From contig CAWJRG010000010.1 of assembly GCA_963845185.1 (NCBI GenBank), positions 704,001-768,000 on the forward strand: a DNA stretch of 64,000 bases. The letters are read 5' to 3'. The first letter of the stretch is position 1, and each line of letters begins with the position of its first letter. This DNA is from an uncultured bacterium. GTDB taxonomy: Bacteria > Oederibacteriota > PGYV01 > CAWJRG01. Shown one piece after another: positions 16,932 to 27,420 of the stretch. Made by a program: the position numbers and the translations under genes. The notes below the pieces were generated by a model. The model searched no databases and was not told the DNA's origin. It was given only the letters and a program-made list of their open reading frames with translations.

Positions 16932-19012
16932 AAAAATTTATCCTGTTCTTGTTAGTTTTTGTATTTGCATTTGTTCCACTTGAATTTGCTAGTTGGCAGC
17001 AATTCCAGTGCAATGCGCAGCATAATGCGGCACAATGCGATGTGCCCATAAATTCACCTCTCTGCATTTCATGGAGGCATAAAATTGACGGAGTATATTC
17101 ATGTGCTTTGCCTTTAATTGACGATAATGGCAAAGTATATTTAAATAGTATGACTTCTGTTTATAGATTTGATGCAATAACAGGCGCTGTTGATTGGTGC
17201 ACAAATATTGATCCCACCAATTCGGTAGATGGCGCAGGTATTTTATATAATAATATGTTTATTTATAACTATAATGATGGTTTCAGGGCTCTTGATACTG
17301 GAACCGGTAATGTCTTATGGCAGAAAGATATTGTTGGAAATACCGGGGTTATTAATTTTGGCGAGGGTTATTCTTGCAATCCAATTCCTACTTTATATAA
17401 CGGGAAAATATATATTGGGGATTCAGCTGGTGAAATTATAGTGGTAAACCCCGATACAGGAGATACAATAAACATTTTTAAAGTAACTTCTACCGGCATA
17501 CAGGCCGCGCCTGCGATTGACACGGAAGGTGTGCTATATTTTGGCGCTGATGACGGTTATTTTTATGCAATAGACAGCAATACAGGCGCGGTAAAATGGC
17601 GGACATATTGCGGAAATCCCATTAATGCAAGCGCCTCGCTTGATGATAATGCTGCATATGTATGCGCACAGAATGAAATATTAAAATTTAACCGCTCGGA
17701 TGGCAGTATCCAATGGTCTGTTTTAATGGGCAGTTTTAGCAATAGCACAGGGACCGTGCTTAATGGCCATTATTATTGCGGTTCTGACGACAGGTATGTT
17801 TATTCAATAGACACTAATACAGGCGAGATTGCATGGAAAATTTATACCGAAGATAATATGTGTAAAATGTCTTGTATAATAATATGCTCAAAATTATTTG
17901 TAAACGGCTGTGTTGACAAAACTGTCATGATTGATGTTGACCAGGGACTTAAAGAATGGATATGCCATGCGTCAAGCGGCAGTTACACTACACCAGCTTA
18001 CTGGAACAAGCATATATTTTCAACTTCCGAAGACAGTTACCTGTATTCTATAGGCGAATGTGGGAATTGCCCGTGTGCATGTGACGCCAGGCCGACCGCG
18101 ACTTTTGAAGCAGCAAATCCTTGGATAGTAACAAAGACGCCTACAATATCGCCAACTTCCACCCCGACGCCTCCGCCTTCTTGGACATTTACAATAACGC
18201 CGACATATACAGTTACCCCTGTTTTAACGCAAACATTAACCTGTACAATAACGGTAACTTTTACATACACATTGACATTTACTGCAACTTTAACGCAGAC
18301 CCTGACTTTTACTTCTACGCCAACTTTGGTATTGCCGCCATCGCCAACTATAACTTCGACTCCTTTGCCGTGTGACGGCGTAACGCCTCCTCATTTTACT
18401 GTGAAAATGGTCTATAATTCTGATAATGCCAATAACACTGTATTTGAAATTACAAGCTCTGAGCCTCTGCAATCACCCCCAAAAGTTACTGTATACACGG
18501 AAGGTGCTGGTGTTATAAACGCAAATTCAATTAAAGCGCAGTGTTCAGGTAATCAACAAGCATTGACATTTACCGCACAGCCAGTGCAGGGTGAAAATCT
18601 TGAATACAGCCTCACTTACCCCAATCAGGCAGGTTTTAGTAATATTGACAAAGTAGTTATTGAAGGCACTGATATGTGCGGGGTAACAGGAACAAGCGAC
18701 GGGTCTTTTGACAAGCAGGTAATTACTGACCAGGATGTTAAAATGTTCAGCAATGTGATAGACCCTGATAAGGGCGACCATTGCACGATAATGTATAACG
18801 TTTATAAAAATGACAATGTAATCGTGAAAATTTATGACAGGAGCGGCACGCTTATTAAGACATTGGTAAATACAGCCCAGGCACAGGGCCAGTATGAAAC
18901 GTTATGGGATGGAACCAATGATAACGGCGATAAAGTTTCAAGCGGGATATACCTGGTTGTTGTAAAAACCTCGAATTACACTGCAAAGGAAAAAATAGCC
19001 GTAACAAGATAA
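16928..19012 (+). CDS. Secreted PQQ-like beta-propeller protein with Thr/Pro linker and FlgD-Ig-like C-terminal domain
   Basis: YAIDSNTGAVKW repeats; TPTFT linker; IYDRSG.LIKTL..WDGTNDNG.KVSSGIY. Confidence 0.85.
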   Translation: MKKFILFLLVFVFAFVPLEFASWQQFQCNAQHNAAQCDVPINSPLCISWRHKIDGVYSCALPLIDDNGKVYLNSMTSVYRFDAITGAVDWCTNIDPTNSVDGAGILYNNMFIYNYNDGFRALDTGTGNVLWQKDIVGNTGVINFGEGYSCNPIPTLYNGKIYIGDSAGEIIVVNPDTGDTINIFKVTSTGIQAAPAIDTEGVLYFGADDGYFYAIDSNTGAVKWRTYCGNPINASASLDDNAAYVCAQNEILKFNRSDGSIQWSVLMGSFSNSTGTVLNGHYYCGSDDRYVYSIDTNTGEIAWKIYTEDNMCKMSCIIICSKLFVNGCVDKTVMIDVDQGLKEWICHASSGSYTTPAYWNKHIFSTSEDSYLYSIGECGNCPCACDARPTATFEAANPWIVTKTPTISPTSTPTPPPSWTFTITPTYTVTPVLTQTLTCTITVTFTYTLTFTATLTQTLTFTSTPTLVLPPSPTITSTPLPCDGVTPPHFTVKMVYNSDNANNTVFEITSSEPLQSPPKVTVYTEGAGVINANSIKAQCSGNQQALTFTAQPVQGENLEYSLTYPNQAGFSNIDKVVIEGTDMCGVTGTSDGSFDKQVITDQDVKMFSNVIDPDKGDHCTIMYNVYKNDNVIVKIYDRSGTLIKTLVNTAQAQGQYETLWDGTNDNGDKVSSGIYLVVVKTSNYTAKEKIAVTR

Positions 19013-19076
19013 TGATTTAATTGCAATATCAGTGTATATTATAACTGAAAAAAATCTTTATTAAAGGCCAAACAAT

Positions 19077-20342
19077 ATGAAAAGATTATATTTTTCAGTT
19101 ATAATAATTTCAGCCTTTTTTTTATTTTTCCAAAATATTTTTCCTGCTACCTGCCCTACCAAAAACTGCCCTGCAGACAGGGACACTCCCTTGGCCGAAT
19201 ATTTGTTTCAAAATAATTTAAACGACTCTAGCGGCAATAATTTGACTGCAGGCGACGTTAATCCTGCATATCCCGTAAATTATTACCAGAACATAGGCGG
19301 CAGGCCGGGCTATTCCGTTGATAATTTTGTATTCGGAAGTTCTACCGGCGTGACAATACCCGCTTGTGTATTATACAGAAATGAAGGAGAAATTGATTGG
19401 TATCAGTATGTAACATTCTCCGGCAATGGCTATACAAATTATTTTTTAGTCTGGTCTACAGCGACAACCAACCCGCTTTGTTCTCTCGGTATATATACAG
19501 GAGATGCTTCGGTTTTTGGCCCGGATATTGTACGGGTTGATTATACTACATTAAGCGGTACCAATGTTGCCGTAGAAGAATATATGGGAGACTGGCTGGT
19601 ATTAAATCAATGGCAGCACTTTAGTTTTCAATGGGGAAATTTTGGTACCAGATTTTATGTTAATGGTGTAATGGTCGCGGGAGACTTTTCCACTTTTTAC
19701 CAGGGTGCAGAGGATAGCACTATCCTGGCTTTAGGTACATGGGGCGGATTAGCAAGCTCTGGTTTTTACGGCTACATAGCCGATCTTACATTCTGGCCAT
19801 GTTCAAGCCACGGCACAATGACCCAGACTCCCACTTTAACAGCAACTCCTTCCTGTACGCCAGGTGGGCCTTCTTTAACAATAACTGAAATTTTTACACA
19901 AACAACCATATTCACCGAAACCCCAACATTCACATATACGCTCTCAATTATAGGCACAATTACTGCAACTGTTACTTACACTGCATCCTCAACTTTCACA
20001 ATAACACCTACAATTACTCCCACTTTTACCATTACGCCGACACTAATTTATAACGGATTTGATTTTATTGGTGTTTACCCGAGCCCGGCTAAGAAAACAA
20101 CAAACTTTATCTTCGTGTCTTACGAAGATTGTAACGTAAAGATATCCCTGTATACCGTGTCAGGCGAAAAAATCAATGAGATAAGCTCACACGGCCAGTA
20201 TGGAGTTAACAATATAACATACGATTTGACCAATTATTCCGGTAGGCAGCTGGCAAGCGGCATATATATTTACAGTATAGAAATGAAAAGTGTTTCAGGC
20301 AGCAAAAAAACAATATGGAAAAAACTTGCAGTGGTAAAATAG
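19077..20342 (+). CDS. Secreted LamG/ConA-like protein with Thr linker and C-terminal sorting-like domain (paralog 1)
   Basis: YLFQNNLNDSSGN, NQWQHF..FYVNG, T-x-T linker, LASGIYIY..KLAVVK. Confidence 0.85.
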   Translation: MKRLYFSVIIISAFFLFFQNIFPATCPTKNCPADRDTPLAEYLFQNNLNDSSGNNLTAGDVNPAYPVNYYQNIGGRPGYSVDNFVFGSSTGVTIPACVLYRNEGEIDWYQYVTFSGNGYTNYFLVWSTATTNPLCSLGIYTGDASVFGPDIVRVDYTTLSGTNVAVEEYMGDWLVLNQWQHFSFQWGNFGTRFYVNGVMVAGDFSTFYQGAEDSTILALGTWGGLASSGFYGYIADLTFWPCSSHGTMTQTPTLTATPSCTPGGPSLTITEIFTQTTIFTETPTFTYTLSIIGTITATVTYTASSTFTITPTITPTFTITPTLIYNGFDFIGVYPSPAKKTTNFIFVSYEDCNVKISLYTVSGEKINEISSHGQYGVNNITYDLTNYSGRQLASGIYIYSIEMKSVSGSKKTIWKKLAVVK

Positions 20343-20377
20343 GCTTTAAAATGCATTATATTGAAAGGTTGCATAAA

Positions 20378-21637
20378 ATGAAAAAGTTGTATTTTTCATT
20401 AATAATTGCAGGTATTCTTTTATTATTGCCTTTTTATATTTTTCCTGCTACCTGCCCTACCAAAAACTGTCCGGCAGACAGGGACACTCCCCTGGCTGAA
20501 TACCTGTTTCAAAATAATTTAAACGACTCAAGCGGAAACAATTTGACAGCTGGCGACGGTAATCCTGCATTTCCCGTAAATTATTACCAGAACATAGGCG
20601 GTATGCCGGGTTATTCAGTTGATAATTTTAGCGGGGCATCCAGTATTTCAATACCCGCATGTGTATTATACAGGTCCGAAGGAGAAATTGACTGGTATCA
20701 ATATGTAACTTTTTCAGGAACCAGTACTTCAAACTATTTTCTGGTCTGGGCCACAGAGTCAACCAACCCGCTTTGTTATCTTTTTATAGTTACTGGAGAT
20801 GGTGCAGTTACAAGCCCGGATATTATTAGGGTTGATTATACTACATTAGACAGTACAAATAATGTTGTCACAGAAGAATTTATGGGGGACTGGCTGGTAT
20901 TGAACCAATGGCAGCACTTCAATTTTCAATGGGGTAGTTTTGGCACCAGGTTTCTTATTGATGGTGTTATGGCAGCAGGAGATTTTTCCATCTGGGACCA
21001 GGGCGCACAGGATAGCCCCGACCTGTATTTAGGAATCTTTCCTACTACAAACGATGGTTTTTACGGTTATTTAGATGATGTTGAATTCTGGCCGTGTTCA
21101 AGCCACGGAACAATGACACAGACACCTACTTTGACAGCTACTCCTACCTGCACGCCCGGCGGGCCTTCTTTAACAATAACTGAAACTTTTACACAAACAA
21201 CTATATTCACCGAAACCCCTACATTCACATATACGCTATCAATTATAGGCACAATTACTGCAACTGTTACTTACACTGCATCCTCAACTTTCACAATAAC
21301 GCCCACAATTACTCCCACTTTTACCATTACGCCGACACTAATCTATAGCGGATTTGATCTTATTGGTGTTTACCCGAGCCCGGCTAAGAAAACAACAAAC
21401 TTTATCTTCGTGTCTTACGAAGATTGTAACGTAAAGATATCCCTGTATACCGTATCCGGTGAAAAAATCAATGAGATAAGCTCACACGGCCAGTATGGAG
21501 TTAACAACATAACATACGATTTGACCAATTATTCCGGCAGGCAGCTGGCAAGCGGCATATATATTTACAGTATTGAAATGAAAAGTGTTTCAGGCAGTAA
21601 AAAGACAATATGGAAAAAACTTGCAGTGGTTAAATAG
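20378..21637 (+). CDS. Secreted LamG/ConA-like protein (tandem paralog 2)
   Basis: Near-identical to 19077-20342 at both ends; MKKLYF start. Confidence 0.85.
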   Translation: MKKLYFSLIIAGILLLLPFYIFPATCPTKNCPADRDTPLAEYLFQNNLNDSSGNNLTAGDGNPAFPVNYYQNIGGMPGYSVDNFSGASSISIPACVLYRSEGEIDWYQYVTFSGTSTSNYFLVWATESTNPLCYLFIVTGDGAVTSPDIIRVDYTTLDSTNNVVTEEFMGDWLVLNQWQHFNFQWGSFGTRFLIDGVMAAGDFSIWDQGAQDSPDLYLGIFPTTNDGFYGYLDDVEFWPCSSHGTMTQTPTLTATPTCTPGGPSLTITETFTQTTIFTETPTFTYTLSIIGTITATVTYTASSTFTITPTITPTFTITPTLIYSGFDLIGVYPSPAKKTTNFIFVSYEDCNVKISLYTVSGEKINEISSHGQYGVNNITYDLTNYSGRQLASGIYIYSIEMKSVSGSKKTIWKKLAVVK

Positions 21638-22406
21638 ATTTTACAAAAAATTTAAAATATATCATCAGCATAAATAATACCGCCATAAAGCAAAGTGCGA
21701 ATATATCCTTGTAATTCATGCTGTATTTTTCCCTGATATCTATTTTGTTCTGCGGCGAAAAGCCTTTGGACTCAAGCGCAGCTGTCAGGCTCTGCGCCTT
21801 TTTTATGCCGTTTAAAATCAGCGGTATCAGAAGAGGCACATATGACTTAATCCGCATTATTATGCCGCCTTTTTCTACGTTGTTTCCCCTCACTTTTTGC
21901 GCCTCGACTATTGTGAATCCGGTTGATATAAAAATTATCACCATTCTTAACGACAGCGATACGGCAAAAGCCGCTCCGTAAGGCACTTTAAGCATGACAA
22001 GCCCGTCGGAAAATTCCTCTAGCGACGTTATCGACAAAAATAAAAGCCCTGAAAGGAGCATGTTGACAAATCTCATGCCAGCTGTGGCGGCGTAATAAAT
22101 GGAATTCTTATAAAACACAAATATTTTATCCCCGCTGCCGTGATAGAAAACAAGCCAGAGCACAAAAGTCATAAATCCTATCAGGATAAATAAAGCAGCT
22201 ATTTTCTTGATATTTGCCGTGCTTTCGGCAAGTAAAAAAAATACAATAATAAACGCAAAAATAAAAAGCATGTTGTAAATATTTGTGCTTGCGGCGGAAA
22301 TTATGAACAAAAAAAATAAAAAAATGATTTTCACAACAGGGTTAAACCTGTGCAGGAAAGTGTTTTTGTCGCTGTAAAAAAATACGCTCATCTTTCCCTC
22401 CAGCAC
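21630..22406 (-). CDS. ecfT: ECF transporter transmembrane T component
   Basis: TFLHRFNP, AQKVRG, ALESKGF. Confidence 0.9.
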   Translation of the reverse strand: MLEGKMSVFFYSDKNTFLHRFNPVVKIIFLFFLFIISAASTNIYNMLFIFAFIIVFFLLAESTANIKKIAALFILIGFMTFVLWLVFYHGSGDKIFVFYKNSIYYAATAGMRFVNMLLSGLLFLSITSLEEFSDGLVMLKVPYGAAFAVSLSLRMVIIFISTGFTIVEAQKVRGNNVEKGGIIMRIKSYVPLLIPLILNGIKKAQSLTAALESKGFSPQNKIDIREKYSMNYKDIFALCFMAVLFMLMIYFKFFVKSI

Positions 22407-24013
22407 TGCTTAAACTCATTTTCATTCAGGAGCAGCTTTGAATTAAGCTTCAGCGACAGTTCCATAATTTCAGTTTTTGTTATTTTTGCCGCTTCAAGCA
22501 GGTTTTCATCAGAAAAAAACCGCCTTTTGTCGCCGTAGAAGATTATTTTTCCCTCGTTTAAAGCCATTATCTTATTGCCGTACAAAGCCGCTGTCTCCAT
22601 CGCGTGGGTAATCATTAATATAGTATGCCCGTTTATGTTAAGCCCTTCTATTATGCCCATTAATTCGCATAACGACGGATAATCAAGGCCTGTTGTAGGC
22701 TCGTCAAGGATGATAATTTCCGGTTCAGCAACGATTATTGAAGCGCACGCGATTTTTTCCCTGTCGCCTTTTGGCAGAATGAAAGGGTCCATGTCCTTTT
22801 TATCATAAAGCCCCATGGTTCTCATCAGGCTGTCAACCCTGTCTCTCATTTTTACTTCATCCAACTTTTGCATTTTCAGTATAAAAGCGATTTCATCGAA
22901 TACAGTTTCAGCAAATATCTGGTTATCAGGATTCTGGTATACATACCCGATAACCCCTGAAAGCATTTTATCCTTTATGCTCATACCTTTATAAAAAATA
23001 AAACCGTACTCGGGTTTTAATATGCCTGCCAGAATTTTCATAAGCGTTGTTTTGCCAGAGCCGTTTGCCCCCACCACAGTTACAAAATCCCCCCTCTTAA
23101 TTTCAAAATTTATGTTATCTATTGTTTGCGTGCTTATATCCTCGTATTTGAAGTACAAATTTTTTGCCTCTACTATTGTTTCAGATTGTTCATTTTTATT
23201 TTGCGTGATTGTTTCATATTCTTTTTCGTCGAAATAATATCTTTCTTTTATCAAATCTTCGTTTATTCCCTGTGAAAATATTTTATACGCCCCCGGGGCG
23301 GAAAGCCCTGCCAAAGAAAGCAATTCCTTGTCTTTAACTGCACTTTTATCGCCGTCATAAATTATTTCCCCGTCATTAATGATTATTATCCTGTCAAAAT
23401 AACTGTAAAAGTCCAGTGACTGCTCAAATAATATGATATTTCCCTTATATCCGCCGCTTTTTAAAAAGTCCAAAATAAACTGCCTGGATGCCGGCTCTAT
23501 GTCAGTAAACGGCTCGTCAAGGATTAAAACTTCCGGGTTAATGCCGAAAAGGCTTAAAAGCGCTATTTTTTGTTTTTCTCCTCCGGACAGTTCGTATATG
23601 TTGCGTGTTAAAAGGCTTGTGATGCCGAATTTTTCCGCAAGCTCTTCTGCTTTTTTTAAAGCTTCTTTGTAACTTGAGCCGGTATTTAAAGAATAAAAAA
23701 CAAGTTCTTCTTTTACCGATGTTGATATTATCTGGGTTTCAAAATCCTGAAACAATATTGAAATGTTTTTGACAAGATTTTTGTATACGTAGGCATTGAT
23801 ATCCCTGTTTCGGAATAAATACTGCCCCTGCGCGCTGCCCTTTTCAACATTTGGTATTATGCCGCTTAAAATTTTCGAAAGTGTTGTTTTGCCCGCCCCA
23901 TTTTTACCGGCTATGAGTGTTTTTTCGCCCGGATTTATTTTAATATTTATATCTTTTAAGACCCGCGGCGTATTTGATTTATACCTGAAATTAAGATTTT
24001 TTATTTCTATCAT
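22388..24013 (-). CDS. ecfA: ECF transporter tandem ABC ATPase
   Basis: Two Walker A motifs (GKNGAGKT, GANGSGKT), LSGGEKQK, LDEP twice. Confidence 0.9.
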   Translation of the reverse strand: MIEIKNLNFRYKSNTPRVLKDINIKINPGEKTLIAGKNGAGKTTLSKILSGIIPNVEKGSAQGQYLFRNRDINAYVYKNLVKNISILFQDFETQIISTSVKEELVFYSLNTGSSYKEALKKAEELAEKFGITSLLTRNIYELSGGEKQKIALLSLFGINPEVLILDEPFTDIEPASRQFILDFLKSGGYKGNIILFEQSLDFYSYFDRIIIINDGEIIYDGDKSAVKDKELLSLAGLSAPGAYKIFSQGINEDLIKERYYFDEKEYETITQNKNEQSETIVEAKNLYFKYEDISTQTIDNINFEIKRGDFVTVVGANGSGKTTLMKILAGILKPEYGFIFYKGMSIKDKMLSGVIGYVYQNPDNQIFAETVFDEIAFILKMQKLDEVKMRDRVDSLMRTMGLYDKKDMDPFILPKGDREKIACASIIVAEPEIIILDEPTTGLDYPSLCELMGIIEGLNINGHTILMITHAMETAALYGNKIMALNEGKIIFYGDKRRFFSDENLLEAAKITKTEIMELSLKLNSKLLLNENEFKQCWRER

Positions 24014-24090
24014 TTTCCCCGTCTTCTTATGCCAGTTTTAATTTTATGGCTGAGCGCAATAAAGCAAAACCTAATTTGAGTTTTATCTAA

Positions 24091-24651
24091 CTAATCCTTT
24101 TCTCCATAAATCAAATCCATTTTTTTTATCCTGGCGTACAATAATTTCATGAGTATGGGCCCGAGTATGCCGGACATTATTGAATTATTGATAAAAACCA
24201 CTAGAAATATGACTTTAAAAGGCGCAAAACCCAGAACCTGCACCCCGAAACCGACAATCAACGCGCAGACAAGGCTTGATATTACCCCGCATAAGACAAA
24301 TATTGCCGATTGTTTCCATTTCATTGTTACTTCTTCCCTGACCATGACACACCACAATATGAACGCTGTATAGGAAAAAAAGAAATTTCCCGCAAATCCA
24401 AAAGCGCTTGCAGGGGAAAGCATCCCGAAAAAATCCGCGATTAAGTTTCCTATTGCAGAGCCCCACGCCGCAGCAGGGCCGAACAAAATCCCGAACAAAA
24501 CAGGTATCACGCCTGCCGGCCTTAATTCGGCAAGCCCCGGTATTATCTGTATGGGTTTGAAAGGTATCAGGGTGCCAGCATATATGGCTGCAGTTATGGC
24601 TACCATGACTATCTGCCTTGTCTTTCCCCACACGGCAAAAATTTCCTTCAT
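24091..24651 (-). CDS. ECF S-component, QueT-like family
   Basis: AAIYA..ELRPA..LFGPAAAWG.AIGNLI. Confidence 0.8.
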   Translation of the reverse strand: MKEIFAVWGKTRQIVMVAITAAIYAGTLIPFKPIQIIPGLAELRPAGVIPVLFGILFGPAAAWGSAIGNLIADFFGMLSPASAFGFAGNFFFSYTAFILWCVMVREEVTMKWKQSAIFVLCGVISSLVCALIVGFGVQVLGFAPFKVIFLVVFINNSIMSGILGPILMKLLYARIKKMDLIYGEKD

Positions 24652-25757
24652 TGCGTTTCCTGTTTTATTAAATACGCTTTTAATTTTTCCTTTTTTATAA
24701 AATCCCAGGCATACGCCTTTGCATCGTTTTGCGAAACGAATTTACCTATCTGCACGGCGTAAAACTTGTCGTGTTTTTTCAGGAAGGCAACATATTTTTT
24801 TCCCTGCATTTTGCCGTATATCATATCGGCAAATTTTTTGTTTGAGTACGCGCCTATCTGTATGGTGTAATATGTGCCGTTTTTAGGCATTGCCTGTATG
24901 ACAATGGTTTCCACCGGCTCAGGCGTCATTATTTCTTCGGGCGTGGGCCCTTCCATGTTGGCTGTATAATACCTTGCTTCTTTGCTGTCCGGGTATTTTT
25001 CTACAAGTTCCTTGATAAAAGCCTCGGCTCCTTTGTTGTCCTGGTTTTCCTTTGATGCAGCCACTATTTTGGAATAAACAAAAGGCATGTATATATTCTG
25101 GTCTTCAAGCCCTGATTTGATTACTTCTTTGTACATATTAATTGAGTCCTGATAGTTTCCTTGGTTAAAAAGCGCGTTAGCGTAAGCAAGGCTTATCCTG
25201 TTTTTAAAGGCTTCAGGAGTTTTATTGCCCTTGTAATCTTTGTAAATCGATTCTGCCTCTGAATATTGCTTAAGGCCGTAAAGCGTGAGCATCATCCCGT
25301 AATAAGACGGCTCAAGCCATGCGCTGTCCCTGTGTTTTTCAAGTATTGCCGCGAAATATTCCTTTGATTTTTTATAATCATCCATGGCGTAGTACAGCTG
25401 GCCAAGCGAATATTCAGCTTCAGCCTCGTATTCGCTGCCTGCGTATTTGTCTATGACGCTGCTGTATAAATCGGCTGCTTTTTCTTTTTCTTCGGCAATG
25501 CTGCCGAGCTTTATCAGGAATTCCGGCACAAATTTGCTGTTTGGAAAATCCTTGATAAAAGCGTTCATTTCTTCCCTTGCCTGGTCAAAATCTTTGTTAT
25601 TATAAGCATTTATGGCCGAATTATAAGCATCCCCTTCAAGCGCTATGGGATATATGGAAACCGCGGTCATTAATAAAATAATCATTGCCGTTAATACTGT
25701 TATTAACGATATTTTTTTTAATCCAAAATTTTGAATCCCAAATCCCGTATTATTCAT
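24648..25757 (-). CDS. TPR protein with C-terminal SPOR domain
   Basis: TPR helices (FIKDFPNS, LVEKYPDS) and YTIQIGAY. Confidence 0.85.
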   Translation of the reverse strand: MNNTGFGIQNFGLKKISLITVLTAMIILLMTAVSIYPIALEGDAYNSAINAYNNKDFDQAREEMNAFIKDFPNSKFVPEFLIKLGSIAEEKEKAADLYSSVIDKYAGSEYEAEAEYSLGQLYYAMDDYKKSKEYFAAILEKHRDSAWLEPSYYGMMLTLYGLKQYSEAESIYKDYKGNKTPEAFKNRISLAYANALFNQGNYQDSINMYKEVIKSGLEDQNIYMPFVYSKIVAASKENQDNKGAEAFIKELVEKYPDSKEARYYTANMEGPTPEEIMTPEPVETIVIQAMPKNGTYYTIQIGAYSNKKFADMIYGKMQGKKYVAFLKKHDKFYAVQIGKFVSQNDAKAYAWDFIKKEKLKAYLIKQETQ

Positions 25758-27037
25758 ATCATTACTCCGGACAATGACGCGCCTTTTGCGCCGTTTATTT
25801 TCACCCTTATTATTTTGCCTATCAGGCCTTTTGAACCCTCAAAAAATACGTTTTTGGCGTTGTCAGTTGTTGCCTTTAATTTGCCGCTGTCCCTGGCGTC
25901 TGTATCTTCCACAAGCACTTCAAGTTCCTTCCCAATATATTTATTGCTGATATCTTCGCTGATTTTTTTTTGCAAATCAAGTATATAATTAAGCCTGCGC
26001 AGTTTTTCTTCCTCGGGAACGCTGTCCGGGTATTCTGCGGCCTTTGTGCCCGGCCTTGCCGAATACTTGAATAAATACGCGTTGTCAAACCTTGTGCTTT
26101 CCATGATTGAAACCGTGTCCTTAAAATCCTGCTCTTCCTCGTAAGGAAACCCGACAAGCAAATCGCTTGTGATGGCCACATCGCTGATTTTTGACCTTAT
26201 TCTTCCTATTTTTTCAATGTACTCTTTTGCCGTATATTTCCTGTTCATCAGGTTCAATATCTTGTCCGAGCCCGACTGCAGCGGCAGATGAAAATGCTTG
26301 CACAGTTTTTCATCCCCTGCGACTGTATCTATAAGCTCCATTGTCAGGTCTTTCGGGTGCGATGTCATAAACCGTATCCTTTTTATACTGTTAATCTTTG
26401 AAACTTCTTTCAGCAGCTCGGGAAAATTTTTTTCATGTTTATCCCTTCCGTATGAATTTACATTTTGCCCCAAAAGCATTACTTCCTTGTAACCGTTGTC
26501 TGCCATTGTCCTGATTTCCCTGATAATATCCGCTGCCGGCCTGCTCCTTTCCCTGCCGCGCACAAAAGGCACGACGCAGTAGGAGCAGTAGTTATCGCAT
26601 CCCTGCATTATTGTGGTATAGCCTTTTACAGCATCTGTCCTTTTAATATTCAGGTCGTATATTTCCTCTATTTCGTCGACATATACCTTTTTCCTGTTGT
26701 CTTTTATTATTTTTGATATGTCGGAAAAATGGAATGTGCCTAAAACTGCATAAAGGTTCGGATATTTTTTTATCAGGCTGTCTTTTAAATTCTGCGCCAT
26801 GCAACCTGCAACAATGACTTTTTTATCCTTTGCTGCTTTAACTATATAGCTTATTTCCCTGTCCTCTGCATGCTTTCTGACGCTGCATGTATTGACCACG
26901 ATAAAATCAGCTTCTTTTTCGTTTGCTGTAAGCTCGTAGCCGTCATGCTGCAGCACTCCTGCCATGCGTTCCGAGTCATACTCGTTCATCTGGCATCCGA
27001 AAGTTTTGATAAATATTTTTTGCAAATATGTCACCAT
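25754..27037 (-). CDS. miaB: tRNA i6A37 methylthiotransferase
   Basis: TFGCQMNEYDSE, CDNYCSYC, TRAM domain. Confidence 0.95.
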   Translation of the reverse strand: MVTYLQKIFIKTFGCQMNEYDSERMAGVLQHDGYELTANEKEADFIVVNTCSVRKHAEDREISYIVKAAKDKKVIVAGCMAQNLKDSLIKKYPNLYAVLGTFHFSDISKIIKDNRKKVYVDEIEEIYDLNIKRTDAVKGYTTIMQGCDNYCSYCVVPFVRGRERSRPAADIIREIRTMADNGYKEVMLLGQNVNSYGRDKHEKNFPELLKEVSKINSIKRIRFMTSHPKDLTMELIDTVAGDEKLCKHFHLPLQSGSDKILNLMNRKYTAKEYIEKIGRIRSKISDVAITSDLLVGFPYEEEQDFKDTVSIMESTRFDNAYLFKYSARPGTKAAEYPDSVPEEEKLRRLNYILDLQKKISEDISNKYIGKELEVLVEDTDARDSGKLKATTDNAKNVFFEGSKGLIGKIIRVKINGAKGASLSGVMI

Positions 27038-27060
27038 TTTCTGTGTAAATTTATGTTTGA

Positions 27061-27089
27061 ATTATATCCCCTGTTTATGGCATTGTCAA
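27061..27089 (-). promoter_or_regulatory. Consensus sigma70 promoter of the miaB operon
   Basis: TTGACA-N17-TATAAT. Confidence 0.8.
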
Positions 27090-27124
27090 TGATGGGTAAC
27101 GCAGTGTTAATCAAACCTGCTATA

Positions 27125-27205
27125 TGCGGCGGGAACAAGACAAAAGCCTCCAAAGCCCTGGGCATCAGCCAGGCGACTTTATGGAGAAAGCTCAAGGAAA
27201 AATAA
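27125..27205 (+). pseudogene. Fis-type HTH remnant of a sigma54 enhancer-binding protein
   Basis: CGGNKTKASKALGISQATLWRKLKEK* with no upstream AAA+ domain. Confidence 0.65.
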
Positions 27206-27218
27206 AAGGGTTTACCAT

Positions 27219-27420
27219 TCTTACCCCAAGAATACGGGGTGCTGTGCCGTGGTTTTGCTATTTATCTCCCCCTTAACAATGGGGGGACTGCAGGGGGATT
27301 TGCCACCCCAGCCACTGGATTTTATAGCTTAGCAATAATTTGTACGATCTTACCCCTCGAGTTTTACACTTTAAATGTAAATTGCCCTGCCTTTGTCCCC
27401 CCTTAACAAGAGGGGGGTAA
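27219..27420. repeat. Two degenerate REP-like units
   Basis: CTTACCCC...TCCCCCTTAACAATGGGGGGA and CTTACCCC...TCCCCCCTTAACAAGAGGGGGG. Confidence 0.6.

Noticed and set aside
19077..21637. Diversity-generating retroelement TR/VR pair
   Set aside because: Differences are not adenine-specific, they include indels, both copies are full genes, and no reverse transcriptase is in the window.
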